Below, piece after piece: positions 11,236-24,128 of a stretch of DNA of 64,000 nt. Every line of letters starts with the position of its first letter. Position 1 is the first letter of the stretch. The DNA is from Octopus vulgaris. Its lineage: Eukaryota. Below the pieces are notes generated by a model, which saw nothing but the letters and a program-made list of their open reading frames with translations, searched no databases and had not been told where the DNA came from. A program made the translations under genes and the position numbers. The stretch spans positions 62,744,001 through 62,808,000 of the forward strand of contig OX597822.1 in assembly GCA_951406725.2 (NCBI GenBank), read 5' to 3'.

Positions 11236-11562
11236 AAGTCACGACAACCATGTTGGAAACCACTACTCGAAGCTGTTGGCCGTTGGACCTGCTACGTATA
11301 ACGGTCAAGTCACTCATTTTCAGATACTAGTCTTAATACATTAGACAATGTAGTCTAAGATTCAAGATAAAGGCGTAGCATACTAGCTTTCCCACTCCCA
11401 CCGGCGCCTCAACAGGCATCCGATAAAAAAAAAATTGTAGATTTTCTTCCTTCTCTCTCCGCGTTCTCAGTTCAAATTCTATCAAGGTTAACTTTTCTTT
11501 TCCTCATTTCGTGATCGATTCTTCTTTTTCCTCCTCCTCCTCTTCCTCCTTTTCTTTTCCTT

Positions 11563-11606
<44 letters not shown>

Positions 11607-12189
11607 TCTCCCTCGCTCCATAATATGGTTCAATGTGTTACTTTTCCCAGAAATGACCACAGTTTTGCTTTGGAGTTGGGCAAAAACTCCAAAGTTTTTT
11701 GTTTTGCTTATCTTGTCTTTTTTCTTTATGGTGAGCTTTGTTCTCTGATCTGAACATGAGCCGTACATGAAACATTAGAATTTGCTAGCGTGGAGGTGGG
11801 ATGAGATGGGAGGGGAGGCCTGTCATAGTATAAGTCTCCCCTGGGATAGCACATAGACAGGAGGTTCCTTGTTTTATATACCAACAACGTACCACTCAAA
11901 GTAATACGTAAGGTGGACAATCCCCTTAGGCGCTAAATACTCATAGGGGAGCTTTTATCTGTGTACAAAAGCGAAATATCCTACATGACATCGCGACTCA
12001 AACCAAACATTGGTAAAAGAGTAAAAGAGTATGTGTATATATATATATAGTTAATCCAAACATGAAAATACAAAACACAACAACGCGAGGACGTGGAACA
12101 AGTATAGTATTATTGGACACTCAGAAAAGAAGGAGGGTTTAATATATATATATTAAACCTTCCTTATATATATATATATATATATATGT

Positions 12190-12901
12190 CTCACTCTCTC
12201 TCACTCCCCCTCCTCATTCTTCATGGTTTCCTCGCAGCCATTCCCCTTCTCTCTCTCTTTCTCTTGCTCCTCCTCCCCCTTCCCGTCGCTCACCCACGAC
12301 GTGACTTCCGCCTTCCCGTCGTTCACCCGCAACGTCACTTCCGCTGCTGTCTCTTTCGCCTGGCTCTTTCTAAGCAATGGACGTCACTCTTTTTCCTCCT
12401 CGTCATCCCTAAAAAATTCTGCGTTTGTAATACTTTTTTTCGTTCGGCGTCAACAGCCCTTCTTATCTTGTTTTTCCTTGTCCTGTCTTCTATTGTTTAC
12501 AATTTGCACTGTCGTTACTGTCCTGTTGTTACTGTCCTGTTGTTACTATTTTTTACCCCTCCGCGAAAAGATCTCAGAATTTTAATTGATTTGCTTTTCG
12601 CAGGAAGGAAAGTTTTCTTGTTGAAGATACGTCTCGCTTTTATCCTTCGAAACGTAGAGTAGATGAAAGCTTTATCGACTGAAGAAGGGGTTTTTTCTTT
12701 GTGTTAATTATCCTGTATTCTATATTATTTTTTTGTTGTTTTTAAATATATGTCCAGTCCCTTTGGTTGTGTTTGTTTTCGTTTCTCATTGTGTTCGACG
12801 TCCTTTTGGTGTCCTGTACTCACATATATGCGTGTATATGTACATGTAGAGGTAGGTAGTACATATATGTTTATATATATGCATATGTTTTATTTTATTT
12901 A

Positions 12902-12905
<4 letters not shown>
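12190..12905 (+). mobile_element. Unclassified element inserted in (TA)n, possibly derived from a Penelope-like terminal repeat
   Basis: Flanked by TA tracts on both sides, with a CpG-richer body. Contains CGAAACGTA and CTGAAGA half-cores at 12648-12685. Confidence 0.35.
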
Positions 12906-12950
<45 letters not shown>

Positions 12951-13008
12951 AGAGAGAGAGGTATACAGTAAGTATCACATTAATCTTATAATACACATAA
13001 TTCATTGA

Positions 13009-13545
13009 AGACGGTGAGCTGGCAGAAACGTTAGCACGCCGGGCGAATTGAGTAGCTGTTACGTTCTGAGTTCAAATTCCGACGAGGTCGACTTTGCTTT
13101 TCATCTTTTCGGGGGTCGATTAAAAAAGTACCAGTTACGCACTGAGGTCGATATAATCGACTTAATCCATTTGTCTGTCCTTGTTTATCCCCTCTGTATT
13201 TATCTCCTTGTGGGTACTAAAAAAATAGGTATTTCGTCTGTCGTTACGTTCTGAGTTCAAATTCCGCCGAGGTCGACTTTGCCCTTCATCCTTTCGGGGT
13301 CGATAAATTAAGTACCAGTTACGCACTGGGGTCGATGTAATCGACTTAATCCGTTTGTCTGTCCTTGTTTGTCCTCTCTGTGTTTAGCCTCTTGTGGGTA
13401 GTAAAGAAATAGGTATTTCGTCTGTCTTTACGTTCTGGGTTCAAATTCCGCCGAGTTCGACTTTGCCTTTCATCCTTTCGGAGTCGATAAATTAAGTATC
13501 AGTTGCATACTGGGTCGATCTAATCGAATGGCCCCCCCTCCTCCA
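13009..13545 (+). mobile_element. SINE family B with three tandem ~185-bp internal units
   Basis: GAGCTGGCAGAAACGTTAGCACGCC head. Repeated GTTCAAATTCC (B-box-like) plus CTTTCATCCTTTCGGGGTCGAT...AAGTACCAG. Confidence 0.85.
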
Positions 13546-15257
13546 AAAATGTAATAATATTTTTATCCTAACTTTTAATACTTTTGATAAAAATAAATAT
13601 TTTATTTGTTTTTTTTTCTTTCATAACTGTATACCTTCTTCTGCACCACGCTGTATGTGTGTGTGTGTTGAAATGAATGTATAAATTTACTTTTTAGGCT
13701 TGCGGCTCTCAGTAACCACATTAAACTCACTGCTTTGTGCGAACCCCTTGGGATTTCTATGCAGAGAACTATAGCATAATATAATAAGCACACAATAACA
13801 ACAGAATAACAGAATAAACATGGGCATAAACGATTCATAACCAATTCATAACCAAGATTTTTTTTTCTCATGCTGTGTGCGTATTTGCGCGCGAGCAACT
13901 GGTTTCCACAGAGATTTCTATTAATTTTCCTCGGACTCCAGCTTTTATTTGTTTCTTTACATTCTTATCTGTTTCAGTCTTTCTCTTGTATTTGTTGTTC
14001 TTCCTTTTCTTTTTTATTTTGTTTTTTCCTTTCCTTTTCATGTTTATTCTTTCAGTGTCATCTGTTCTTTGACTTTTTCTTTCTTCTACTTTTTACTTCC
14101 TTTTCAATATTTTCCAACTTTTCCACTTTATGTCTCTGTCTTTTGATTTTTTCTTTGCTGGTTTTCTATTATTTTTCTTCGTCCTTCATTCTTTCTCACC
14201 TTTTTTCCAGTTTTTGCCCTTTCTTTCCTTTTATTATTAATTTTGTTTTCTTTTCTTATTTATTAAATAAGCGTCAATATTTTAAAACTGGTTTTTTTTT
14301 TGCTGGTACCTGTTGAGTATCTATATTTAGAAATGATTGTAAAAGATAATTCGGGAAGAATGTAAAGTTCTTATTTAAACTTTTGTTAGAATTTCTATAA
14401 GAATCATCTCATTCTTTGTTAACAGGCTAATATAATCCTATGTACCCAAAGGAATCGAATTTGGGTCAATGGTTCAATTCGCCTAATCAAACAAGGAGTA
14501 TGTACATAGATGCTCGATCTGCTAAAAATTGCAGTTAAAACATCCTATATCATATGCTATCATCTTAAATAAAAAATATATTAGAGAGTATAATTCTAAA
14601 TGAACTCCCTGTAAATAGAATGGATGGTCACGCTTCGAACATGTTGAATGACAGGTTTGCATTATCAAAGATAACGGCAAAGAAAGAAGCCATAAGGCAC
14701 TGAACATGAATTGTCACTTTGAGGCTCACATTCTTTCAAACCAAATTTGAAACTTAATGTCAATCAAAACCCATTGTAGGCAGCCAAAGAACTTCTACGA
14801 TGTCACTTAACCTGCCAGAAATAGCACCCAAATATTCTTCAAAGCACATTTAATCATCTTCAATTTGAACAGATACGATGGCTGCAGCAGTCCATGATGC
14901 ACCATGTATGAAAAGTATAAAGAAATATCGAAAACTGTAACGATTTGATCTGTAGTTCTGCTCTACAAAATTTCTAAACTCGGCGATATACTGTTTTCTC
15001 GGTTACCGTCATTTATGATTTATGTTCATAATATCTCCTACGAGAAACACAACTTATGTGTTATTTGTCTGATGAATCAGATTTGACCTGGAGCTAAACA
15101 ACAGCATTTAAAAATGAAAAGCAAATTATTTAGTCGCTTCTTCCCAGAAAGGTAACCACAATTCACTAAGATCCTATTATATTCGTGATTTCCTTTCAAA
15201 CACTGAGCAGCAGCAATTTTTCTTCTGAAGCAGAGGAGTCGTAATTATAGACAGTAA

Positions 15258-15460
15258 GAAGTGGCTAGCATGCAAAATTGTTAGGGCGTCGGACAAAATG
15301 CTTAGCGGCACTTCTTCCAATACGTTCTGAGTTCAAACCTCACCGAAGTCAACTTTGTCTGTCATTCCGGATTGATAAAATAAAGTGCTAGTCAAGTGCT
15401 GGGGTTGACTATACTGCTCACCCTAAATTCGCTGGCCTTGTGTCAAAATTTGAAACAAGT
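15258..15460 (+). mobile_element. SINE family B, degraded
   Basis: ACGTTCTGAGTTCAAAC...CGAAGTCAACTTTG motifs. Confidence 0.6.
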
Positions 15461-15519
15461 TTAGAGAATAGGGATATGAAAGTGGTGCCATTTCAATTAT
15501 CTTTTTTTTTTTATGGCTT

Positions 15520-15800
15520 TGTCAGAAAAAATGTCGGGCAACAACTCTGATCCTTTGATGGGTTCCTGTAACAGGTGCAGAAAACAAAAAAAGAAATCGC
15601 ATCCCTGGGTTGCTGTAGTAAGACATAACGCATCAGTGTTATCTTTTACTACAGCAACGGTGTCGTGGCTGGAAGGCACACTTGTAGCAGAGTGGAATCC
15701 ATTAAAGACATGAAACCAATGGGAAGAGAATATACAAACAGACGACGGATTGAATCTACCGCCTAAAAGCAAGTGAAGTCTATCTGATAGACTGTCGTCT
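15520..15800 (+). mobile_element. Possible decayed RTE-type LINE 3' fragment
   Basis: Translation VVRHNAS...LEGTL...PLKT resembles RTE ORF C-termini (GHVxRH...EG...RP). Weak match. Confidence 0.35.
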
Positions 15801-16290
15801 ATTTAATTTCACTCTGGTTTTGGTTGAAAGCACCTATACAAAACGCGGCACATTGTGACTGGACCTGAAATCTTCAAGCAGGAAACTTAACTACCATGTC
15901 CATATACATCTCGATACTTATTCATTGATTCAGCTGCCAAATTTTGTTTGAATGCAGAAAATTAGAATGTCTGGTAATCACACTTTAGACAAGCTCATCG
16001 GCGGTGTAAGTTGCATCTAATGACTTCCGTGACTTTCACTACAGTGATTCGTCTCTCTATCTCCCATACAACCAGCCTCTTTCTCAGACTAACCAATAAA
16101 ATACAGATATGCATATGAGCACTCACACTTCCCCCTTTCCTTTCTCTTTCACTTTGGCATATATATTCACTTTACATCGCTGCTTCTTTCTATATGTGTT
16201 CTTTCTTTCTCCCAATCTCTTTTCTTTAATCTCTCCCTGCTTCTCAATCCATACATACATACATACATACGCACACAAACACACACACAA

Positions 16291-16367
<77 letters not shown>

Positions 16368-17182
16368 CAGATGCATGCACTAATATACAAGCATACATAT
16401 ATAGAGAGAGACATACAATTTCTGTCTCTCTCTCCTTCTCTCTCCAGTCTGTGTCTCAGATACATGTTCACATAAAAGACGATTAACTTCGATGTCCTAA
16501 GCGTAGAAATTAATGATACTCAGCAGATCTTTGAACTCTAAAAATATTGTTCCTGTTCAATTATGAAGAGGAGTTAATTAAATTACTTGATAATATAGCT
16601 AACCTCAACGAAAGAGACACCTAATCTAATAATATATCAGACGCCACTCGGTTCGTTACTCTGAACACGCAGAATACAAGAAAGGGAGATAACAACTTCA
16701 TTTATGTTAACAATGGAGTTGTTTCTAATGAACTTAACGGGAACAATATATTTGTTTCGACAAGACACAATTAGTCAGATTTTTGTAGACTTAAATAAAT
16801 CTTTCATGCCTGTACCATAGAGAAAGAGGTGATGAGGTAAGCCACAGCAGAGTAGAATCTTCAATTCTATTTCAATTCAAGCTTAAATGAGCGTACCGAA
16901 CGTTTAGGGATTCGTCACCTGCTGTGAATGTTACTATTTTGCATTTTGGTTCCTTACCACTGAGCAATTGTCATTTTACTGTCCTTAATCTGCAAAACTA
17001 AATGATTTCAGCGCAAAGGAAGTGCTTCAGACGTACAGACTGACAATCAATTGTGTCAGTCTTTCATAGTTGACTGCCCCAAATTTCCTGGTGTCCGATA
17101 TTAATACATGATCTTCACTCTCTTCAGACTAGCGATTACAATACGCATGCATGCATGCATACATACGACAGATGCAATTTTA

Positions 17183-17413
17183 AGGCGGCTAGCTGGCAGA
17201 AACGTTAGCACGCTGGGCTAAATGCATAGTAGTATTTCGTCTGTCGTTACGTTCTGGGTTCAAATTCCGCCGAGATTGACTTTGCCTTTCATTCTTTCGG
17301 GGTCGATAAATTAAGTATCAGTTATGCACTGGGGTCGATGTAATTGGCTTAATCCGTTTGTCTATCCCTGTTTGTCCCCTCTATGTGTATCCTTTTTGGG
17401 GCAGTAAAGAAAT
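17183..17413 (+). mobile_element. SINE family B
   Basis: GGCGGCTAGCTGGCAGAAACGTTAGC head and a single unit. Confidence 0.85.
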
Positions 17414-17535
17414 GAGATACACTTTTAATTAATTTCGGGCAAAGATCATCAAAAAGCTACCTAGAATTAATTTTTCTTTGGGGAAAAAGAACTAAAGAGA
17501 AAATATTAATAAGTAACTAATATATTTCAATTAGT

Positions 17536-17820
17536 GGAGGCACATGGCCTAGTGGCTAGAGCAGCGGACTCGCAGTTGAGGGATCGCGGGTTCGAATCTC
17601 AGACCGGACGATGTGTGTGTTTATGAGCGAAACACCTAAGCTCCAAGTAATGTCGAAATTCTGCTGACTCTTTCACCAGAACTTACTCTCACTCTTTCCT
17701 CCTGCATCTTGCAGCTCACCTGCGACGGACCGACGTCCCGTGCAGGTGGGGAACCTATACGCCAAGGAAACCGGGAAACCCGCCCTTATGAGCCAGGCAT
17801 GGCTCGAGAAAGAACAAACA
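17536..17820 (+). mobile_element. SINE family C, second subfamily (full length)
   Basis: GGAGGCACATGGCCTAGTGG...GGGTTCGAATCTC tRNA-like boxes. Matches 22925-23225(-) and 52075-52370(-). Confidence 0.85.
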
Positions 17821-19903
17821 TTTTAATTAATTAAGCACGGTTGTATGAATCGGCATTGACTAGGGTAGATACGTGCGTGTATACTCAAACATTGGAGGAC
17901 CTTTCACTACTGAAATAGACTCAGTAGAAATATCTCCTTGTAGACATGTGCGAAAATACATTGGTATATGAATAATACTGTCGTAACGTGGGACGCATGC
18001 GTACGTTGTCGGCCACGAATACTGACTTTGTACTTCAAAACCCTATCAGAACGCAGCAAGTACGGGAGATACCATTAGGTATGTTTTGGTATTAATGATT
18101 CCACCAGTGAAGTATAGGTTTTACCCAATTACTAAAAAATGGGAGAGGTTGGTGAATAAACATATAAATTCAACATGTATCTCAAACGCAACATGGCTGT
18201 TTAAACGCAACATGGCTGAATAAAATGCACACTCCCAAAACAGAAGTTTAGTATACCCTGGGATCTATATTTTACTTTTTTTCTCCCTCTCCTCTTTCTT
18301 CCCTGAAAGAAATCGCAATGGTTCGACCTAAAGAGGTAGGGGCACCGCCAAGTTTAATTTGCTCCTAACACAACGCTCTATGTTACGACATAGCCAGCCC
18401 TACTCCATCAACCGTTGAGGGTTCAAACTAAGGCAAAACTATATACGAACGTCCTTGGACTGCGTAACAAACGGTTTTTTTTTGTTTTTTTTTTGGAGAG
18501 TTAAATCACTCCACATTCAGCAACGACTACATACTTTCTGAGGAAACATCTAAGTGATCGTAAGCAAAATCTTTCCAAAATTACTCCCTACCACAAAAAA
18601 AAATATCTGCATAAACGATATGATAGTCGTGGCTGGAATGTCTTTGCCGTTCGATCAAGTCTAATCATGAAGAACAAACATCAACAACGGCTGTCACATT
18701 CTTTAAGAATCCACATATTTAAATGAAATAACGAAAGACTATATATTCATTTATATAAATTCATTTCTTCTCTTTCTTTTTCCTGCCTTCTTTGCATAAT
18801 TTTCTTGTTTTTTTTTTCTTCCTTCTGTTTCTTCTTGTTTATACTTTGATTCTTCTGCCTAGATTCATTTTTCAATTTCTAGCGGGTTTTGTATAACGTT
18901 TTTTTTCTCTCTATTATTTTCTTCTTTCTACTTATTCTATTTTCATTTTTGTAATCACCGTTTTAAGTATTCTTTTCTTTTTAAATTCCTCTTTCTTTTC
19001 TCCCCTTCCTTCATTCTACTCATCTTTTCTAGTTTACCTTAACCTATACACCCTTAAGATGTTTTCAGCTCTATCTTCCAACGTCAACCACTTCACCTCT
19101 CACATTCTTTACACGAAAAAGACAAAAGAAATCAGATAAGCGTATCATGTTAGCCAATGAGCTTAAAGAAAAATTGCACTACCGTTTCTGTCTAATTAAA
19201 TTTTTACGCTCTATGTCTTCCGACCTGTTGATAATATTCAGCCCATCCTTTCTAAAATGAAAGAATTTAGTTATCTCATTTCTTCTCAGTCCTTTTGCTC
19301 TAAGTAGTTTTCTGTCATTTGTTTAATCGAGGATATTTTCTTTTCCGTTTTGTAGTTGTTATTGGTTTTCGCTATTTTATTATTTAAGCTGAATTTGCAG
19401 AATCTTCAGAGCCTCAGATGAAGTGCCTTGCGATATTTATTCCAGGAATCGTGTTCTAAGTTCAAATCCCAGAAGTCAAACTTTGCTTTTCATCTTTGGG
19501 GTTTTAAAAAAAAGTGGGGTAAGGTGCTTGTCTTCAACAGTTCAAATTCAAGCGTGCTCTACTTGGCTTGTAGCCCTAATTCGTTGCCTGGGTGCACACA
19601 CATTTACCCCTGTAACCTTGGCTACCTTTAACTATGTCCAATCTGATTGCCAATATTCAAATCAGCTCTCCAATTTGATGATAACTTTCTTCTTTCTTCA
19701 CACTAGTGTCGAAGGCCTTGTATGGTGTCATGAGCATTGCCCTCCCATTTGACTAAAAGAGAAAAAAGGGTTCTAATTATTTCTTTTTTCCTGTATTCCT
19801 CTTTATCAGTTTTCTCTTCTCCCTTCTTTGCTTTTTATTTTTGTCGTAGCGGGTCGCGGGTTACAGATGAATATGTCATTATAGCATAAATACGTATGCC
19901 CAC

Positions 19904-19961
<58 letters not shown>

Positions 19962-20129
19962 TCACACACACATACACGCACACACTGATCTGTAAATATA
20001 CATACTTATATGGGTTTTTCGGTAGATTGAGTCTGTGCAAAAGCCATTCACAGACACAGCTCTTTCTCTTGCCTTCAGACTTCTTATCTTCTCTCTTTAA
20101 CTTTTATACTGATACTACAACGGCCGTTG

Positions 20130-20370
20130 TTCATTAGAACTGTATTGTTCTACATGTCATCTCCACTTCAGAGCTCTCAGTTCACATCTTGCCGCTTCTC
20201 ATTACCCAATTTGTATCCAACCTCAAAATACAGGCTTTGCTCTGGTCACAATACTCACTTCTACCTCCCCAGAGGGTCATCCCTGGAATTCTCTCCTTGC
20301 ACATGGCTTCCCTCCAGTTACTGAATTGCTATAGTTTTGGTGGAATGTTAATGGCATATTTCGCAAGCGT
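20130..20370 (+). mobile_element. Possible CR1-group LINE 3' end remnant
   Basis: TGGAATTCTCTCC (WNSL) motif in a context similar to 47590-47870. Confidence 0.35.
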
Positions 20371-21169
20371 TGAAGTGCCTGCGTAGACTTTGGAGAAAAA
20401 GATTTATGATTATGTTTATGAATATACCTATTTGTTTCTTTGCTATTTTATTAATATATTTTATTTTTCATTTTGGAACTCCATTCATCTCGTGTATTCG
20501 AAAATTATACTTTTTGGTTGGGTAGATGGCGGCTCCAAGACACTTCGATTGTTGTCAACACATCTTTCTGCTCCTCCAGTAGGGTTCTTATGTATTAAAC
20601 TAAATGTAAATACAACAAAATATTTCAGGAAAATGAAATATTTAAAAGACAGACAAAAATTTTAACCTAGGTATAGGGTTAGACGTCCACGAGTTCCAAA
20701 GACCTCTGTTCTCAAAATCAACAAAACAAAATACAAAACCACAAAAAAGGAAACATTTATCCACTAAAACTTCCTAATCACCCAGTTTTCTCGGTTAAAT
20801 AGCAATACTAGATGACCAGACGTATTTCAGTGCCGGATGTTCATTAATAGACGTGTCATTCCGTCTTTCTCTTTCGACTCATTAAAAACATTATACAATA
20901 ATTAAAGTTTAATTATATATTTTTTCATAAATGAGGCTGGTTGAATGAAACAGATTATTCCCAATATATTACAGACATGTTAATAGAAACCATCGCCATT
21001 AAGTCCAATCAATATTTCTTAAAGAGGTAAGAAACGCTTTATTGTTTGAAGTTATTACTCTGACCTAAAGCCGTTAACCAAAACAAATAATACAAATAGC
21101 AAGACCAAATTGATATAATCACGCTTCCAACGTTAGACTACACAAAACAAATCACTCCTACTAAAATAA

Positions 21170-21356
21170 CATCGTGTATGTATGTGCTTGGGTATATATA
21201 TATCTGTGTGCGTGTGTATGTGCTTGTGTGTCTGTTTCTCCAGCTTTGACATTGATTTTCAACCATCGTGTATGTATGTGCTTGGGTTATATATATCTGT
21301 GTGCGTGTGTATGTGCTTGTGTGTCTGTTTCTCCAGCTTTGACATTGATTTTCAAC
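21170..21356 (+). repeat. Tandem duplication, 2 x ~94 bp
   Basis: CATCGTGTATG...TTTTCAAC repeated at 21170-21263 and 21264-21356. Confidence 0.92.
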
Positions 21357-21848
21357 GATAATTTGACCGTTATCATCCTGACATGTTTTTGCAATAAAGT
21401 GTGTGTGTGTGTGAGAGAGTGACAGCTCGTGTATGCGTGCGTGTGGTTGGAAGTGCGTTTGTGTGTGCTTCAACTGATTTAATATAGTAATTCCTCAACT
21501 TGAAAATTACTATCATTTTATTTTATTTCCTCTGAACTGTATACAGCGGATAATTTCTTTTTTCATAGAAATGTTATGATAAACGTTTCATATTCATTTG
21601 AAAGAAATCATACAAAACAGTATTTATTTATTTGTTTGGCCTATATTCATATACAATGTAGGATATTCATTTTATCATAACTGAAAATCATTCATCCTTC
21701 AAGCACACTCCGAAGGATTTTTCTGCATGAGTGTTAGTGTTTTCTCTAGCAAGAAATTTCTTTTATTACTTATCGTTGGCGCCGTTTTCTGATCATATCA
21801 CATTTAAGTTTTCCTAACAATAAACTGTTAACTTTTTATTAAACACTG

Positions 21849-22491
21849 GGATCTTTACCTTTTGACCGACAGATTTAGAAAATGATTTTTTGTAACTAAA
21901 CACTTTCAAACTTCGGACACTGGTAGAATGTGTCATATAAAACATCTTTTACTCTTAGCATTTTTGAGAAAAACTTATATTTACGAAGTTATTTCACGTT
22001 AAAGTAGTCCTATTTCGGTAATTTCAACCAATCAATGACGTGTATTCAGATGAATAAAATTACTGCCGTTGTTTGTCAACAACAACTATCGGCGGTGTAT
22101 TTTTCGTTTGTCACTGTTATTTATGACACCGTTCGTGAATTTGTACTGGTTTTAGCTTTAGGGTTTTAAGATTAGGGTTAGTGTTTTAGGGTTAAGGTTT
22201 TAGGATTAGGGTTATCATAAATAACTGACAAACGAAATATACACCGCCGGAAGTTCTTGTTGACAAATAACAGCAGTAATTGTATTCAGCTGAATACACG
22301 TCATTGATTGGTTGAAATTACCGAAATAGGACAACTTTAACGTGAAATGACTTCGTAAATATAAGATTTTTCTCAAAAATGCTAGGAGTAAAAGATGTTT
22401 TATATGACACACTCTAACAGTGTCCGAAGTTTCAAAGTGTTGAGTTACAAAAAATTATTTTTTAGATCTGTAGGTCAAAAGGTGAAGATCC
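21849..22491. mobile_element. Fold-back non-autonomous DNA transposon: ~277-bp TIRs, telomere-like core, 7-bp TSD
   Basis: Ends GGATCTT...AAGATCC. Arms 21849-22126 and 22215-22491 are reverse complements. AACACTG at 21842-21848 and 22492-22498. TTAGGG-like repeats at 22149-22213. Confidence 0.9.
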
Positions 22492-22924
22492 AACACTGTG
22501 GTGTCTATACAGATACTTGTCTATACAGATACTTTAACTTTTCAGTATATGCCTATTACGGATTTAAAACGGTCACTGGGAAGAAACGCAAGGAAGAGAG
22601 GAGCAAAGATACCATCGATAAAAAGACGTTAGGGTTGAGGAAAAATAGACATGGAAACGTCAAAGAGGTGGTATTCCGTCAATCTCAAAGCAAATGGAAA
22701 ATATGTATGTCGTAAGGTTATTGCAACAATTGAGGCTATGGGAATTGCTATAAAACAAGAAAATAACCGATTTTTTTTTCTTATATGCAGTTCTAAATTG
22801 GAATGGTTTTCACATTGAAATCAATAAATCTTAGTCTCAATTGCTGATTAAAATATGTCTATTTTCCACAACTAATCTTTTTCTGTCAAAGCGAATGAAA
22901 ACATCGTATATACATATTTTTTCT

Positions 22925-23225
22925 TCTTCTTAATCCTTTTTGCCCCTTGTGGAACATAGGGCCGGTTTCCCGGTTTCCTTGGCGTATAGGTTCCCCGCCT
23001 GCACGGGACGCCGGTCCGTCGCAGGTGAGCTGCAAGATGCAAGAGGAAAGAGTGAGAGTAAATTGTGGCGAAAGAGTCAGCAGAAGTTCGCCATTACCTT
23101 CTGCCGGAGCCGCGTGGAGCTTAGGTGTTTCGCCATTAACACACACATCGCCCGGTCTGAGATTCGAACCCGTGATCCCTTGACTGCGAATCCGTTGCTC
23201 TAACCACTAGGTCATGTGCCTCTAC
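22925..23225 (-). mobile_element. SINE family C, second subfamily
   Basis: Reverse complement of the 17536-17820 type. Confidence 0.85.
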
Positions 23226-24128
23226 ACATATTGTTTAGTACTTATGTATTTTTACTTTTATTCTGCGTGTGCTTGTTATCAACGATCTTCATCGTTAACA
23301 GCAACGTCGACAACTGCTGAGGAAATCGAGAACGTCTACACTCGTATATATAATTGTATTGCGTATCAGGAAAGATTACTTAACTTGTGCGTCTTAATTG
23401 CTTAAGTAACAGCGCTACACATGAATGAATTCGTGTAATGTTGTAGCGTTTACGGCTTGTGCTTTAATTATGATTTTAAACACTAGGGTTTATAGAGACA
23501 GGCCCTTTCAAATTCATTGCAAGATTATTTTTGGTTTAAGATATTGAAGTAAAAGTGATAAACTCCAGCATAGAAAAGAAAATTTCTTCGTAGGGAGAAA
23601 GGCGTAGGTTTGTGATATATCAGAAGTAACGGTATTTACTAGATATTTATCACCAAATGTCGTTCCACCTCGGATTGCTGGATCAATCCTGTCATACATA
23701 TCTGTAACATTGATGAGTGAGTACCTTACTTGCTTAGGTTTTCTTGAGAGAGAAATCCACGGTGAGGGAGAAAATGTTAATATGATTTATTACATCTTAG
23801 CCGACGTCTTCCACGCTTAACATCCTAAGATTTTCAAGCTTGCTGTTTAGTAAGTAAATATCAGGCTTTAGGTAAAATAAAGAGTGAAACTTTTCATTTC
23901 GCTTGCATCTTGTGTTAGCTGTTCTACATAAATTGGTCCCTTAAATATGCAGCTGGATCCACAAAAGTATTTGCCAATCAACTCTCGAATGCAATATACA
24001 TCCAGCAACTCAATGACTATCGACTTGTATAACTCCATCCTTGTCCTAGTTGTTCCATATCTAAAAATATATTGATTTCAAATATTGGCACAGGGTCAGC
24101 AGTTCCGGAACATATACATACATATATA

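Noticed and set aside
13009-13545. CRISPR-like array
   Set aside because: Whole ~185-bp units repeat without unique spacers; eukaryotic SINE context.
13870-14316. 148-aa hydrophobic ORF resembling a membrane protein
   Set aside because: Arises from a T/C-rich low-complexity tract with no recognisable domain.
17536-17610. tRNA gene
   Set aside because: The tRNA-like A/B boxes continue into a SINE body repeated elsewhere in the window; no complete cloverleaf.
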